Of a stretch of 64,000 nt of DNA, positions 18,717-29,692 are shown one piece after another. Source of the DNA: Perkinsela sp. CCAP 1560/9 (taxonomy: Eukaryota; Protista; Euglenozoa: Kinetoplastea); the NCBI GenBank assembly GCA_965644495.1, contig CBFFSA010000002.1, positions 434,001 to 498,000 of the forward strand, given 5' to 3'. The translations under genes and the position numbers were made by a program. Each line of letters opens with the position of its first letter. Position 1 is the first letter of the stretch. The notes beneath the pieces were generated by a model, which was given only the letters and a program-made list of their open reading frames with translations, was not told where the DNA came from and did not search any database.

Positions 18717-21059
18717 TTACATTCTGAACGCCATTTTTCGGGGCTTGGATATCACATTCGACATCATCTTTTGTTTAATGCGCTCTTCCTTTTTCCCTTG
18801 CAGAAAAATCAAACTCCGTAAGTTCCTTTGTTCTGTTTTCCGTTCCTTTGTCTGTGGAAACCCTTTCTTCTTTTTTTCTTTCATATCAGCTAACTTTTTC
18901 AAAAGTCCCTCTCTCGACGTCGTTGTGCGTAAAGGGTTCATTTTTTCTTTGTGATGTTTACGAAAGCGACCGAAGTATGTTTCCTCATATTCATTCGCTC
19001 GAGCAGGTACAGCCCCATCCCGATCTAAGTACGCAATTCCATCGTCGACTTCAGCCTCATTAATGTTTTCAAAGGATGATGTTTGCGGTCTTAGTGGTCC
19101 CGTTGATTTCGAATAAATCTTTTTTCTATCGCCACCGGATTTCTGCTGCTGTTGGTTTATTTTCAACAAATATGAATCTGTTTCGATTATGTCATTCTCC
19201 CAAGGCGCCGTGGTTGTGTTGCTTGATGATTGTCCCTTGTCATGTATTGGCGGGTTCTTATATCCTGTGCGACGTAAATCTTCATATCGGTCGACTCCTA
19301 CCATATTGCTCCACCTCGAGACAAGAGTCTCTTTCAATGCTTCGGAAGACACAACATCCTCTTCTTCAATCTCAGGTGGAAGCTTTAAGGGTTGTATATT
19401 GGCACGCTTCATTTGCCATTCAGTTAGTAAAGGCAGACGATCCCTGGAAGCGTCCTCCTTGGATTTATTTTGGCTAACGGCAAACTGTTGGCGTTCGAGT
19501 TGCCTCCTCCTTTGAATCGCTTGAATTTTTTTAGTGAGTTCTACTTTGTCGACAACCTGTACCTCAGCTGCGTAGCGCGTTATTGTCTTCAACACTTCGA
19601 ATGGGGTTGGTGCGACAGTTGGCTCAGAGTGTTCGGGTGAGTCCGAATCATTCAGTGGTATAACCCTTGGGGTTTCGTTGTGTTGATCCGGCTTCTCAGA
19701 GTCGTCTGGAGCAACGGAGAAGTGCTGCACATGAAAAACAATGTTTTCGTATAACTCGGTGCGGAACTTCCTTTTCCATTTGACGTGAAACTGGCGTGCG
19801 TATCTTCGAAGAAGAGGAAGGGGGAGCATATCCAATGTTCCCGTTCGAGCGGATTTTTGAACGGAAAGGATCTCTTCATCGGAAAGGACGATGGTGCGTT
19901 CTGGGTTTATGGGACTGGGAGCCGGAGGGGGCTTACTTATAGGTTCTTTGATGTATCCCCAAGGAGTGAGCAATACTCCTTGCACTCCTTCGGCTTTCTC
20001 AAAGCTCTGTCCCCGCTGAGTACTCGGTTCAGGCCCTAGAATGCCACTTTCAACATTATTATTCGGGGTTCCGGATTCGAGCATTGGTACCTCCACAGAT
20101 GCCACTTCTTTACCTGTACTCAAAATTCTAGTCGGACAACCAGAAATAAGTTTAAATTGTTTGAAATATGCTGGATCATGGAGTGTCCGCTGAATGCCGC
20201 CACGCAAGGTGGAAAAAAACAACTTCCTCCTTTCTCCAAGCTCAAGAATTTTTTCAAGCGGCAAACAGTCACATATACTAGAGATCATTTGGCTTCGCGT
20301 TCCGTGCCGTAATTGCCTGTGAATAGTCAATAAAATACGAAGTTCCTCGTCATGAAGAGTTTCCAACACAGAATGCGCTTGATCTCTCTCTATTGTGCTT
20401 AGCACAGGACGAGCAGACTTCCTACGTTCTTGCGCCGTGCGAAATGTATCCCAAGTAAGTGCAGGATTTTCAATACTCACGGTAGCATATGATCCACCTC
20501 GAGCGGCCGCATCCTGTGTGGAACTTTCTATTGCTGCAGAGTCGTGCTTAACATCCACAGAAGCTGGGTTAGCACCTGTATCAGAGTTCCCCAGAAAAGT
20601 ACCGTCCGACAACTGCTTTATCGTGCTCTCCAGTTTCAATTTGTTCTCTTTTTTAGCTTTGCTCAAATCTTGAGCCAACTCTGCAGGAAAGCTCTTGATA
20701 CTATCTTTCATTTTAAGTTCAATATCCCTGAGCAAGGAATGTCGCTTCGGATTGGTCGCGATTTTTAGAGCAGCGTACGTCTGCGGAATGGGATCCAGGC
20801 CCTGGTCTAACATACGCGCGAATAATTTATATGCTTGCCATTCTAGATCACCTTGACCCATAAGATATATCAATTTTGTATACGTTCCTACGTCAGGCTT
20901 ACGTCCCTGCGAGATCATGATATTAAAAGCCAAAAGTGCTCTCTTTGCATTTTCACATTTTTGTTCCTTCGTTGTTGGAGCTGAGGGAAATCGCGTGTGA
21001 AATCGTCGACGGGCGCAAGTTAGAAAATGATTAACAAAGCTGAATCGATCGTGGCTCAT
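18717..21059 (-). CDS. Mitochondrial PPR protein with SAP-like motif
   Basis: PPR units (AFNIMISQGRKPDVGTYTKLI, LFARMLDQGLDPIPQTYAAL); SAP-like LETLHDEELRILLTIHRQLRHGTRSQMISSI. Confidence 0.75.
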   Translation of the reverse strand: MSHDRFSFVNHFLTCARRRFHTRFPSAPTTKEQKCENAKRALLAFNIMISQGRKPDVGTYTKLIYLMGQGDLEWQAYKLFARMLDQGLDPIPQTYAALKIATNPKRHSLLRDIELKMKDSIKSFPAELAQDLSKAKKENKLKLESTIKQLSDGTFLGNSDTGANPASVDVKHDSAAIESSTQDAAARGGSYATVSIENPALTWDTFRTAQERRKSARPVLSTIERDQAHSVLETLHDEELRILLTIHRQLRHGTRSQMISSICDCLPLEKILELGERRKLFFSTLRGGIQRTLHDPAYFKQFKLISGCPTRILSTGKEVASVEVPMLESGTPNNNVESGILGPEPSTQRGQSFEKAEGVQGVLLTPWGYIKEPISKPPPAPSPINPERTIVLSDEEILSVQKSARTGTLDMLPLPLLRRYARQFHVKWKRKFRTELYENIVFHVQHFSVAPDDSEKPDQHNETPRVIPLNDSDSPEHSEPTVAPTPFEVLKTITRYAAEVQVVDKVELTKKIQAIQRRRQLERQQFAVSQNKSKEDASRDRLPLLTEWQMKRANIQPLKLPPEIEEEDVVSSEALKETLVSRWSNMVGVDRYEDLRRTGYKNPPIHDKGQSSSNTTTAPWENDIIETDSYLLKINQQQQKSGGDRKKIYSKSTGPLRPQTSSFENINEAEVDDGIAYLDRDGAVPARANEYEETYFGRFRKHHKEKMNPLRTTTSREGLLKKLADMKEKKKKGFPQTKERKTEQRNLRSLIFLQGKKEERIKQKMMSNVISKPRKMAFRM

Positions 21060-21300
21060 TTAAAAAAAAAAAACAATGTCGTATCAAACACAAGCGTGCA
21101 AGAGAAAAAGAATAGTTTGTCCACACCTTACAACAAAGAATTTTATTTCAATTCACAAGAATTTGTGTCGAAATGCTAAATGGATGTCCTAATTGATCAA
21201 AATTTTACAAGAGAATCGACACACCAATTCTTATTTCAAATCAGTTCGTTACATTCACAAAAACCGAAGCTGCTTTTCAAGAACGATAAAAACAACCTGC

Positions 21301-22014
21301 CTACGAACCTCTCGGCGAGGGAAGCACTAAAATCACCTTCCGCGTGAAAAACGCGGAAGCTGCCAGACTCAACGCATGTAACACCGTAAAAATCAACCGC
21401 ATCATCACCGCACCCCGTGAGGGAACCGGCGTCACCCCCTCCGGCACCGCCTCCGGTCGTATCACCCTCCCCACCTGCAACACCCCCACAATCGACACCA
21501 ACACCAACAACACCAGACACACCCAGTAGTGGACCTGGAGCGCGGTGTTGCGGCGCACCACAAACCAGCGCCGGCCCCCAGGAGAGCTACGCGCATCCCC
21601 TGCCGCGAACTTCCTCCCGTCATGCATCCACCACACAACGCAGAGACTCGAGCACACGGGGAGGAGTGCGGGGAGGAACGCGGAGAGCAGTCGGGGGACG
21701 GAGAGCGCGAGGAGAAGGAGCGCGGCGTAGTACCCCCGGCGCCGGTAGAACTCGAGGAACATGTCCTCGACCTCGACGTGGTGGGGGGAGGAGGGGGGGA
21801 TGGGGATCTCCCCGGGGCAGGGGTCACCGGGAGGGGAGGGGGCGTCGTGCGTGAAGGCCGTGGCGGGGACCTGGAGGGGGGCGTGACATTGGGCACAGAC
21901 AAAGCAGGAGGGGGGGTTGGGGAAGGTGCATCGGGGACAGGGGGGGTGGGTGGGGGTGGGGGGGTTTTCTGTGCGTGGGGTGTCGAAGTCAGAGGTGAGA
22001 GGGTCACGACTCAT
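21301..22014 (-). CDS. RanBP2/NZF-type zinc finger membrane protein
   Basis: CPRCTFPNPPSCFVCAQC (TF of ubiquitin-binding NZF), followed by about 4 hydrophobic helices. Confidence 0.7.
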   Translation of the reverse strand: MSRDPLTSDFDTPRTENPPTPTHPPCPRCTFPNPPSCFVCAQCHAPLQVPATAFTHDAPSPPGDPCPGEIPIPPSSPHHVEVEDMFLEFYRRRGYYAALLLLALSVPRLLSAFLPALLPVCSSLCVVWWMHDGRKFAAGDARSSPGGRRWFVVRRNTALQVHYWVCLVLLVLVSIVGVLQVGRVIRPEAVPEGVTPVPSRGAVMMRLIFTVLHALSLAASAFFTRKVILVLPSPRGS

Positions 22015-22211
22015 GGAAAGGGGGGGAGAATGTGTTGTGGTTTAGTTTGAGATAAGAATGGGAGGTTGGTGGGACTATGTTTCTGAGTTGTAGGAAGTCA
22101 TAAAAGTGGAAATCAAACACAAAAATAGTTTTCCTTTATTGTCGCATTAGAAAAAAGAAGAAAACGTCGTGAAAACATGTCGTCAAACGTATAATAAATA
22201 AGAACCTTGAA

Positions 22212-23240
22212 TCAACCATTCGGTTGCTCAATATTTCTTCGGCAAACAGGGCAGGTCTGCTGATGCTGTAGCCAAGGTACTATACAATCCAGATGGAAAA
22301 TGTGGTCACACACAAGATCCGTTGTGAGTTCCTCACCTACCATAGTGCCCATACACACACTGCATGTTCGGTTCGATGAAGTTCCATCGGAACTGGATTC
22401 AGCGGATGACTCCAAGAACACCTCTCCAACTTTAGTATCGCCCGAGTTCGACGAGAAGGGCTGACTCCTCGCTGCGCGGGCGCGACCTTTAATTTTCTCA
22501 AGGACCGACTCTGAAACAGGACTTGGCTGCACGTCATGCACCGACAGCAGATGTGCCAATACCTCATCCATGTTAGAAAACGTTCTGCCATCGGAAGTGT
22601 GAAAAGAACCTGTGTTTGTTCTCTGAAACATGCCAGAAAGATTAGAGAATAGTGCATTGAGTCCTGTCGAAGATGAACCATTCGCCGGAAAGTTTGCGGA
22701 AAACGAAGCCACCTGTACATTTTCTCCGTTGCTATCCACCGGCTCGGCAGATATGATAAAATTTGCTGTTGCAATGCCTCCTTGTTGTATAAGGTTTTCT
22801 CCCCCCGCTTGATTGGTTGCGGCAGCGATAGCGGACTGTAGAGCATTAATGACATTACCCGGAAGAGCATCCCCGGAAGTAGATTGAAAGGAAAACGTCG
22901 CTGATCCCTCTGTTCGAGAATTTACCTGCGAATTTTCTCTGAGCCCAGATACGTTTGAAGGATCAAAAAATCTGGTAGCGGGATCAGTGTGACTTTCACT
23001 TCTTAGCGCACTACGTTCTCTTCTGTCAGATTCTTCTCGTTGTTGCGTGAATAAAAGCATGTCCGCGCGGTCTTCTTCGTTTTCAACAATTTCGACAACG
23101 GTGCTGTCACACCACGCACAGGTGGGTACAGAGTCAGTCATGCCTTTCTCTTCTCCGTGAATTTCAGTAGCTGACACGTCGGGTGACATAACAACAATTC
23201 GGCAAGGTCGTTGGCACAAATGGCAATAACCAGAAGTCAT
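22212..23240 (-). CDS. RING-H2 E3 ligase, RNF126/RNF115-like
   Basis: ATG at 23240; N-terminal zinc ribbon YCHLC...CAWCDSTVVE; C-terminal CSVC...CDHIFHLDCIVPWLQHQQTCPVCR. Confidence 0.88.
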   Translation of the reverse strand: MTSGYCHLCQRPCRIVVMSPDVSATEIHGEEKGMTDSVPTCAWCDSTVVEIVENEEDRADMLLFTQQREESDRRERSALRSESHTDPATRFFDPSNVSGLRENSQVNSRTEGSATFSFQSTSGDALPGNVINALQSAIAAATNQAGGENLIQQGGIATANFIISAEPVDSNGENVQVASFSANFPANGSSSTGLNALFSNLSGMFQRTNTGSFHTSDGRTFSNMDEVLAHLLSVHDVQPSPVSESVLEKIKGRARAARSQPFSSNSGDTKVGEVFLESSAESSSDGTSSNRTCSVCMGTMVGEELTTDLVCDHIFHLDCIVPWLQHQQTCPVCRRNIEQPNG

Positions 23241-23793
23241 TAGGAAAAATAAATTATTCAAAGGTTTCTTATACACTATGAATGTTGCACCGTGATGTGT
23301 ACAGTGGTATTCAGCGGCGTATCCACGCCTACAGGCTTTGCATTGTGCCCGATTTTGGAAATATTTTGTACAACACCCTTTTTCGACCCGAAAAACGCTT
23401 CCGAATCCGTTGTCTTCTTCACTCTAGCGACCTCCTACCCCCCAGCTAGGTAGGGGGGACAAAAAACAAATTCAAAACTTTTAGGAGCAATTTTTCGAGT
23501 TTTTTGCATGAAGCTCACTAGTTAAGCCGGTTAGGAGACGTGTAAATAAAGAATATAAATGAACGTCCACTATACATGGTGACTAGATACAAGGTTGCGA
23601 TACTCTGAGGGTCCATGGAGGGCATACACGACGAAGACGTTTTCTATATTTACGGATACATGATACATTTTATAAAAAGAAATCAAAAGATTGTTTACTG
23701 TGAGGGGGGGCAACGCGTCTGTGGTGATTGGCAGAATATGGCAGAATTCGTAAGTGAAAAGCAAAAAAAGTTCGGCGCCGCTTCGCGGCGCCT

Positions 23794-24180
23794 ATGTTTT
23801 TCCCACTTATGTGCTGTATTCTTAACGTATGCCGTATGGGCGGGATTGTTGATGGTGGCATGGCAGGCTGCATGCCATACGGTATTCCCGGAGGTCTTAC
23901 TTCATGGCCTCAATGGGTGGATGTGTACTTTGCTTCCACGTACAAATCTCGGCACTTTGATTTGTACAAGCCTCACGTATACCCGGAAACCCCACGATCT
24001 GCTGCTCAGAAAAGAGAGCTCTTGCACAAATTATGTGCTGAAGCTATCGATAACGTTCTTGCAGATGAGGAAAAAATTGTTAATGAATTTGAGAATCTGG
24101 GATATATCAACCCAGGTAAAGCTAAAATCAGAGGATTTGAAGAATATAAATTTTTAGTACCTCAAGAAAAGCCGTCTTAA
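23794..24180 (+). pseudogene. C-terminal fragment of a pogo/Tc2-like DDE_1 transposase
   Basis: IPGGLTSWPQWVDVYFASTYK resembles the DDE_1 motif IPGGxTSxLQPLDVxxNxxFK; AIDNVLADEEKIVNEFENLGY resembles AWxxVxxExIxxSFxxxG. No intact N-terminus; antisense to the gene cluster. Confidence 0.65.
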
Positions 24181-24691
24181 TCCAACTATACAAAAGAAAA
24201 GAAAAACGACTTTCAAAACCAAATCATCTTATACCGCTTGAAAAAAAGCTCTCAGAAGCCGAAAAAGAAAAAAGTCACATTGGATGATCTGTTTAGCTCC
24301 GCTAAATAATCTAGCAACGATTGTGCGTCTTAAGTCATTCGATAAAATATAGCACAATAATATTATATTATATAATAGATAATCTTATAGGTCAAAATAA
24401 CTGATTCATAGACAATACATTTTCCGTCCACAGCAACGGTTTTTTATGCGTCGTATCTAAGTTTTTCTGTGGTTTTACTTGGTGTCTTGTAAATCCTCCT
24501 TAGGTATTCTATTCTTCGTTACTATAAAAAATACTGGGCTTTAATATCAGTTGATTGCCACAACAAATTTGGTATACTCACACTATACATTCTTTAGCAC
24601 AGCTATCAGCTATCTTCTAATTAATTTTCGATGAATTAGATCGTTTGCCACTCCAACGAAGGTTTGCTTCAAGGTTTACTACGTACACAGC

Positions 24692-24823
24692 CATAAATTT
24701 CCGGAATAATAAGTGTGCGCGCACATTTATTATTCCGGAAACACACTTATTATTCCGGAAACACTTATTGTTCCGGAAAATGCGTGCGAAAAAATCCGGA
24801 ATAATAAGTGTGCAGGGGGTTTA
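24692..24823. repeat. Palindromic TTCCGGAATAATAAGTGTG subrepeat cluster (MITE-like remnant)
   Basis: Several direct and inverted copies of ttccggaataataagtgtg; the end aataagtgtgcagggggttta recurs at ~25637-25657. Confidence 0.7.
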
Positions 24824-24824
24824 C

Positions 24825-25184
24825 ATGAGCAAATCTGAAGAAAGCAATTCCCCTAAAAAGCCTGTGTGGCCCTCAATACAATTTATTAAGAGCAAAAAGA
24901 AAGTCAAAAATACGGAACTTGAAGTTAAAAAGGCAAAAAAGTCGTTGGAGTCCGAGTACACTGATCTCGATCCCTTTTCGATCACCGTGAAATGTATTCC
25001 TGTGGAGGTGGGCAAGGAAAGTTTTCGAACGTTTTTTTCGTCCTTCGGAACGATTGGCAAAATGACCCTTCTGTCTAACAAACATCTCGTCTTTGTTTGT
25101 TATGAAACAATTGAACAGGCGAAACGTGCTGAACACGCATGCCGATGCATGCAAGTGCATCTAAAAGGAAAAATCAAAAAGTAA
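24825..25184 (+). pseudogene. Single-RRM ORF (gene fragment?) antisense to the cluster
   Basis: SITVKCIP (RNP2-like), FFSSFGTI, LVFVCYETIEQAKRA (RNP1-like); embedded among repeats. Confidence 0.5.
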
Positions 25185-25659
25185 CTCATGTTACTCATGT
25201 TACTCATTCATGTTGAAAACAACCACTACGCTTGACGAAGAGCCTAAATTAGGGGTGGGGTCACACCTTTGGAATGGGACAAAAGAACTATAAGTGTAGC
25301 GCCCAAGTCACAGAGCGCGTAAGTTATCAGGCACACATAAAAATGTATTTGTAAGATAACTGAACGAAAAGGAGATAAATAAAGGAAGATAATTTAAAAA
25401 AAGGTATAGTAGAGCCTTAGAAAACAAAATGGAGAATTAAGTGACGGTTAATTACGGGACACTTTGGACCTGATGGGGGATGTCCCTTAATTAACCCGTC
25501 CCGTAATAAAGCCATTCACTGTAATAGAAAAAAGGGTCACCATAAAAGTATTAAAGTATCATAAGAAGCTATTCAAGCGCCGATCCCGACCGATCCCACC
25601 TGATAAGTGACAAGGTCCTCCAGGTTTCAGCCCTCTAATAAGTGTGCGGGGGGTTTATA

Positions 25660-25896
25660 CCCTGTTCCGGGTTATTGTGCAGGGGGGCACAATAAGTGGA
25701 AGTTTTTTCTTCCCATTTTCTCGAAATTAAAGTTGTTTGTTCAACAACTCATTAGTTAAATGGAACTCATTCTGCACACGAACGTGTTTGCCCATAAAAA
25801 AGGCGCCGCGACCCTTTTTTTGAGTTTTTTCCAATATTTAGTTATTGTGCCTAGAGCCAGTTATTGTGCAGGGGGGCACAATAACCCGGAACAGGG
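25660..25896. mobile_element. MITE with perfect 21-bp TIR CCCTGTTCCGGGTTATTGTGC
   Basis: ta|ccctgttccgggttattgtgc ... gcacaataacccggaacaggg|tt; subterminal ttattgtgcaggggggcacaataa repeated at both ends. Confidence 0.8.
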
Positions 25897-26304
25897 TTTA
25901 TTAAAAAACAGCAGAAAGGAAATATTTTTACTCAAAAGAATATGTCCACCGAAAAATAACTCGCCGCTTCGCGGCGGGAACGCCGAATAAGACAGCGATC
26001 GGCAGAATATGGCAGAATATGGCCAGTTGCCTCCCCTCTGTATTGTACCGTCAAATGGTTTGTCGTCACTCATACATGTAGTCTCGAGAGTGCTACTGCC
26101 ACCGCGGCAGGGAAACGCCGGGAACTATTATTTTTCTTACAGAGGGAGAAATCCTGTAGAGATACTGGGCTAGAAGAAAATGCACTAAACGTTGTCAACG
26201 ATAAATGAGCCTCCTTTTATTCGGGTGTCCTTCAAATTTTTAAATATATTGAGTCTTTTTGCTATTATTTTTAAAAACATCACGGCTTATTAGCGCGATC
26301 ATGC

Positions 26305-27093
26305 CTACGTCGAACAATAGGCTCCGTGTTTATATTCAAAGCCTAGCTTTGGTGCTATAACTTTCCATGCATTGTCTTGGACATTGATCAATTTCATGCT
26401 CTTGGGGAGGGATCTTAAGTCTGCAACACCTTCGAATTTGTTAGTCTGAAGCCATAAACGATAAATACCTTCAGTAAGTTGAGTAAGATCGAGTGACCCT
26501 GATAACTTGTTACGACAAAGTCCAAGTTCACGAAGACTTGAGGGAAGAGTCGTTAAATCTATTTCACCACTGAAAATATTAGTTTCCAAATACAGAATAC
26601 GCAATTGCGATGGCAGGGCCGTCAGATCTAACCCACCTGTAAATTTATTCCCGCCGAGCTCAAAGACTTTAATTTCATGGAGAAGGCTTCTTAAATCAAC
26701 TGTTATCTCCACGCTGTTGTAGCACTGCTTTGTACTAGAGGTGGCACTGCTCAATTGATTACTCCCAAGGCGCAAGGATCGAACGCTTCGAGGAAGGAAG
26801 GCCCAGTTCAAAAAACCAGTCAATGGCTTTCGATGCCCTCTGTCTCCCCACGAATCCCAATCAATGGCTTCAATATGCCCAGAATCGTCACACCGCACGC
26901 CATTCCATGCACACCCTGGTGTGGAATCATTCCACATCGGGTCTCTATGTTCAACGGTATGCAGGAAACGATCTAATTGATATTCGAGGGGAAGAAGTGA
27001 CGCCTCAATTTTATGCGCCCTGGCGCGTCGTGGTGCCTGGGATGAAGAAGTATCCGCTAATCTAGATCCTACAATCTCAAGTGGAATATGCAT
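26305..27093 (-). CDS. Leucine-rich repeat protein (same family as 12497 and 53377)
   Basis: CAWNGVRCD cap; NKFTGGLDLTALP and NIFSGEIDLTTLP repeats. Confidence 0.9.
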   Translation of the reverse strand: MHIPLEIVGSRLADTSSSQAPRRARAHKIEASLLPLEYQLDRFLHTVEHRDPMWNDSTPGCAWNGVRCDDSGHIEAIDWDSWGDRGHRKPLTGFLNWAFLPRSVRSLRLGSNQLSSATSSTKQCYNSVEITVDLRSLLHEIKVFELGGNKFTGGLDLTALPSQLRILYLETNIFSGEIDLTTLPSSLRELGLCRNKLSGSLDLTQLTEGIYRLWLQTNKFEGVADLRSLPKSMKLINVQDNAWKVIAPKLGFEYKHGAYCST

Positions 27094-27309
27094 TTTTTAT
27101 TACGTACTAATAATGCCAGTTGAAAGTATATCGTGTAACTTGTACATCTATATACTACCTTTATTGTTAATAAGGATAAAGTCTTTATCAGTAATAATCA
27201 CTGATATATTTAAATCCTTATTTTTATGACTGATGAATTTACTGTAGAGTTCCGGAGAACACGCTGTACAGCAGCATTGCATGTCCTGTACGAAATAAAA
27301 AAATATTCA

Positions 27310-28107
27310 CTACTCCAAGAATTCGCTGGACGATACTGACCTCCGTAAAATTAATTCATCAACGTATGTCAAAAAATCTTTTTGTGACAATTTTAAAAAT
27401 TTTATGGACGCACTGCTCTTTATCTCACGTGGATCAAACCATCCGTCGCGATACTGGGCTTGGTAAGTCTCGGCGCACATATCCCTGACCTCTTTCAGAC
27501 GCTGTTCAGAAGAAACATACGCCTCAAACGAAACAAGTCTAAGGCCCAAAATTTTGTTTCTCGCTGCGATGTACCGCTGCTCAGCATCTTTTAGTCGAAG
27601 GGAGAGTGCCGCCCATACCTCCTTTAAGAATGGTAGCGATTTCCGCAGAGCCAACTCATTTTCTCTGAGGTATCGCATACACTCTATTTCCCAGTGCACA
27701 AACTCATCACTCGCATCTATGAGTTCCTCATCAGCATCATCTGGAAACAAAGGGCGTGCTCTAGATTGCGGCCACAAGTCACCCTTGTATAAATGTTCCA
27801 AAGGATATATTCTGCGTAGGTTGTGGATAGGTGCCGGAGGGACGAGAAGACCATTTGGGGCAAGTGCGGAGGGAGAAGCATGACCCATTCTTTTCTCATA
27901 CAACTTTTCTTGCGCCCTGCGATGGACGTACTCTATGTCTAGCGTCTCTCCTTTATATTTCCGTTCTTGGGCTTCCGCAGCCACCTGGTCTAAAATCAAG
28001 CGCAATTCAGTTGCAATTGGGGATGGAGGAGAAGATTTAGGCTTCGACCTTACAGCTCTTTTCCGCAGTAGCCGAGGGTAACGAAAGGACAATGTAAGTC
28101 GTAGCAT
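27310..28107 (-). CDS. Hypothetical protein with mitochondrial-type presequence
   Basis: MLRLTLSFRYPRLLRKR start; 265 aa; helical. Confidence 0.7.
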   Translation of the reverse strand: MLRLTLSFRYPRLLRKRAVRSKPKSSPPSPIATELRLILDQVAAEAQERKYKGETLDIEYVHRRAQEKLYEKRMGHASPSALAPNGLLVPPAPIHNLRRIYPLEHLYKGDLWPQSRARPLFPDDADEELIDASDEFVHWEIECMRYLRENELALRKSLPFLKEVWAALSLRLKDAEQRYIAARNKILGLRLVSFEAYVSSEQRLKEVRDMCAETYQAQYRDGWFDPREIKSSASIKFLKLSQKDFLTYVDELILRRSVSSSEFLE

Positions 28108-28550
28108 TTATCTCGATCTCCAGGCGTTAGATCCTAAGCATGAAATTTGACGAAAGTTTTTCTATCGAATGTGAAGTGTAAGAAAATTTGAAATCGCTAT
28201 TCACTCAATCATTTAGAGTGGAAAACGAGTAAAAAATATCATTTCAACGTATCAAATAAATGACTTCCAAAAACACGGAAGAGTATTTCGGCTCTAATGC
28301 GTAAAAACAACAAACTCTTCTTGCTACAGTATGAGCTCAGTGCTTGGTAATAGAAAACTCTGTACAGTACACGATACCTAGTTGAGTTTTGCATCGTCAC
28401 CAATGTTAAAACTTTCTTTCTTAATTTCATATTTAATCAAGCGTGTTAATCTTCATTCATACAACTCTCATCTGTCCTATCCATTACACAGACCATGATA
28501 TTGCGATCCGGACATCTCGCTATGCTGCTCTAAACTACTAAAATTTACTA

Positions 28551-29453
28551 CTAAATGTTTGGTGGAAGATCAGCCTCGTCATCTACTTTCGGAGCCAAGT
28601 AAAATCTCATGTAGCCAAAGTTTTCAATCTTATATTCCACTTGTAACGGCTCATTCATCGCAATGCGAAGCGTGACCCTGTCAGAAAGCCCACTTGCTTT
28701 GGTAAAATTTACCAAGTTCTTCAATGCAAAGTTCAAACAAACTTCTTCGTCGGTAGACAGGAGCACGGCATTTTTACTCGGACCTGTCTCATTCTGGATA
28801 GCCTCAGGTAGGATGCCTTCTTTTGTATCCTCCTGGGCACCCGGCTCCTGTTTCACACCTTGTTCTTGCTTGACAGTGGTTCGAGTCAGGTCAGCAGCAA
28901 TCGTAGGGCGTACGGTCGTGGAGCCCTGTCCAAAGTCCCCCCGCGTGGTGAACTTTACATGGTCCTTAGCGACGGAGATTTGAACACTTTCCCCGAATGT
29001 CATCATATCCCGGCATAACTTGGAGAAATCTGAAGATCCCATTGAGATCGTCGCGCTGTACGTTTGCTCCGGAATGCCCAAACTCTCTCCTTCGATTTCC
29101 ATCAGCCTCATGACGAACTCGGACACTTTCTCATGTCCGGAACTTTCGACAAGAAAAGTCAAAGCGTCCTGACCTTCGTAGCGCAGGGTGACGCTGTCGT
29201 CTTTGTTCGCGCATTTTAGAATTTTTGACATGTTGCTGAGATTAATGCCAAGGTTTACATTTCGGCTGCAGCTGTACTGCTTGAACCCCTCACTGCGGAG
29301 AAGAAGCGTAACGAGGGAAACATGACTCGGGTCCATAGCCTGAAGCTGAATGCCAGATGGTGAGCATTCAAGGTTCGCGTCCAACACGACTTCCTTTACC
29401 GGTTCGAGGACTCTTTTCCATAGATCAGACTGCTCCACAGTGGCCTCAAACAT
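28551..29453 (-). CDS. PCNA: Proliferating cell nuclear antigen
   Basis: LQAMDPSHVSLV, LGIPEQTY and YMRFYLAPK; ~35-40 aa insertion as in kinetoplastid PCNA. Confidence 0.97.
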   Translation of the reverse strand: MFEATVEQSDLWKRVLEPVKEVVLDANLECSPSGIQLQAMDPSHVSLVTLLLRSEGFKQYSCSRNVNLGINLSNMSKILKCANKDDSVTLRYEGQDALTFLVESSGHEKVSEFVMRLMEIEGESLGIPEQTYSATISMGSSDFSKLCRDMMTFGESVQISVAKDHVKFTTRGDFGQGSTTVRPTIAADLTRTTVKQEQGVKQEPGAQEDTKEGILPEAIQNETGPSKNAVLLSTDEEVCLNFALKNLVNFTKASGLSDRVTLRIAMNEPLQVEYKIENFGYMRFYLAPKVDDEADLPPNI

Positions 29454-29692
29454 TAAGCAGAGTTTTGTGTTTTGTAAAATGAAGTACTTATTTTTTACGA
29501 AGAACCATGTACGCAGACGTAAGTTTTCTTATGTGGTGTTGTTAAAAGATCAGAAATAAGTTTTTTTTATTCGGAACCTCCTTGTTGGGTTTGTAGGAAC
29601 TTTTTTATTAGGAACTTTATAAATTTGCTATTTAACTTTACAAACTTTGCAATGTACAACCTTTTAGACACCCATGTAGTGCTTTCAAGATG

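Noticed and set aside
23615-24157. 180-aa + strand ORF
   Set aside because: It runs through repeat DNA and is out of frame with the transposase-like peptide; no recognisable motif.
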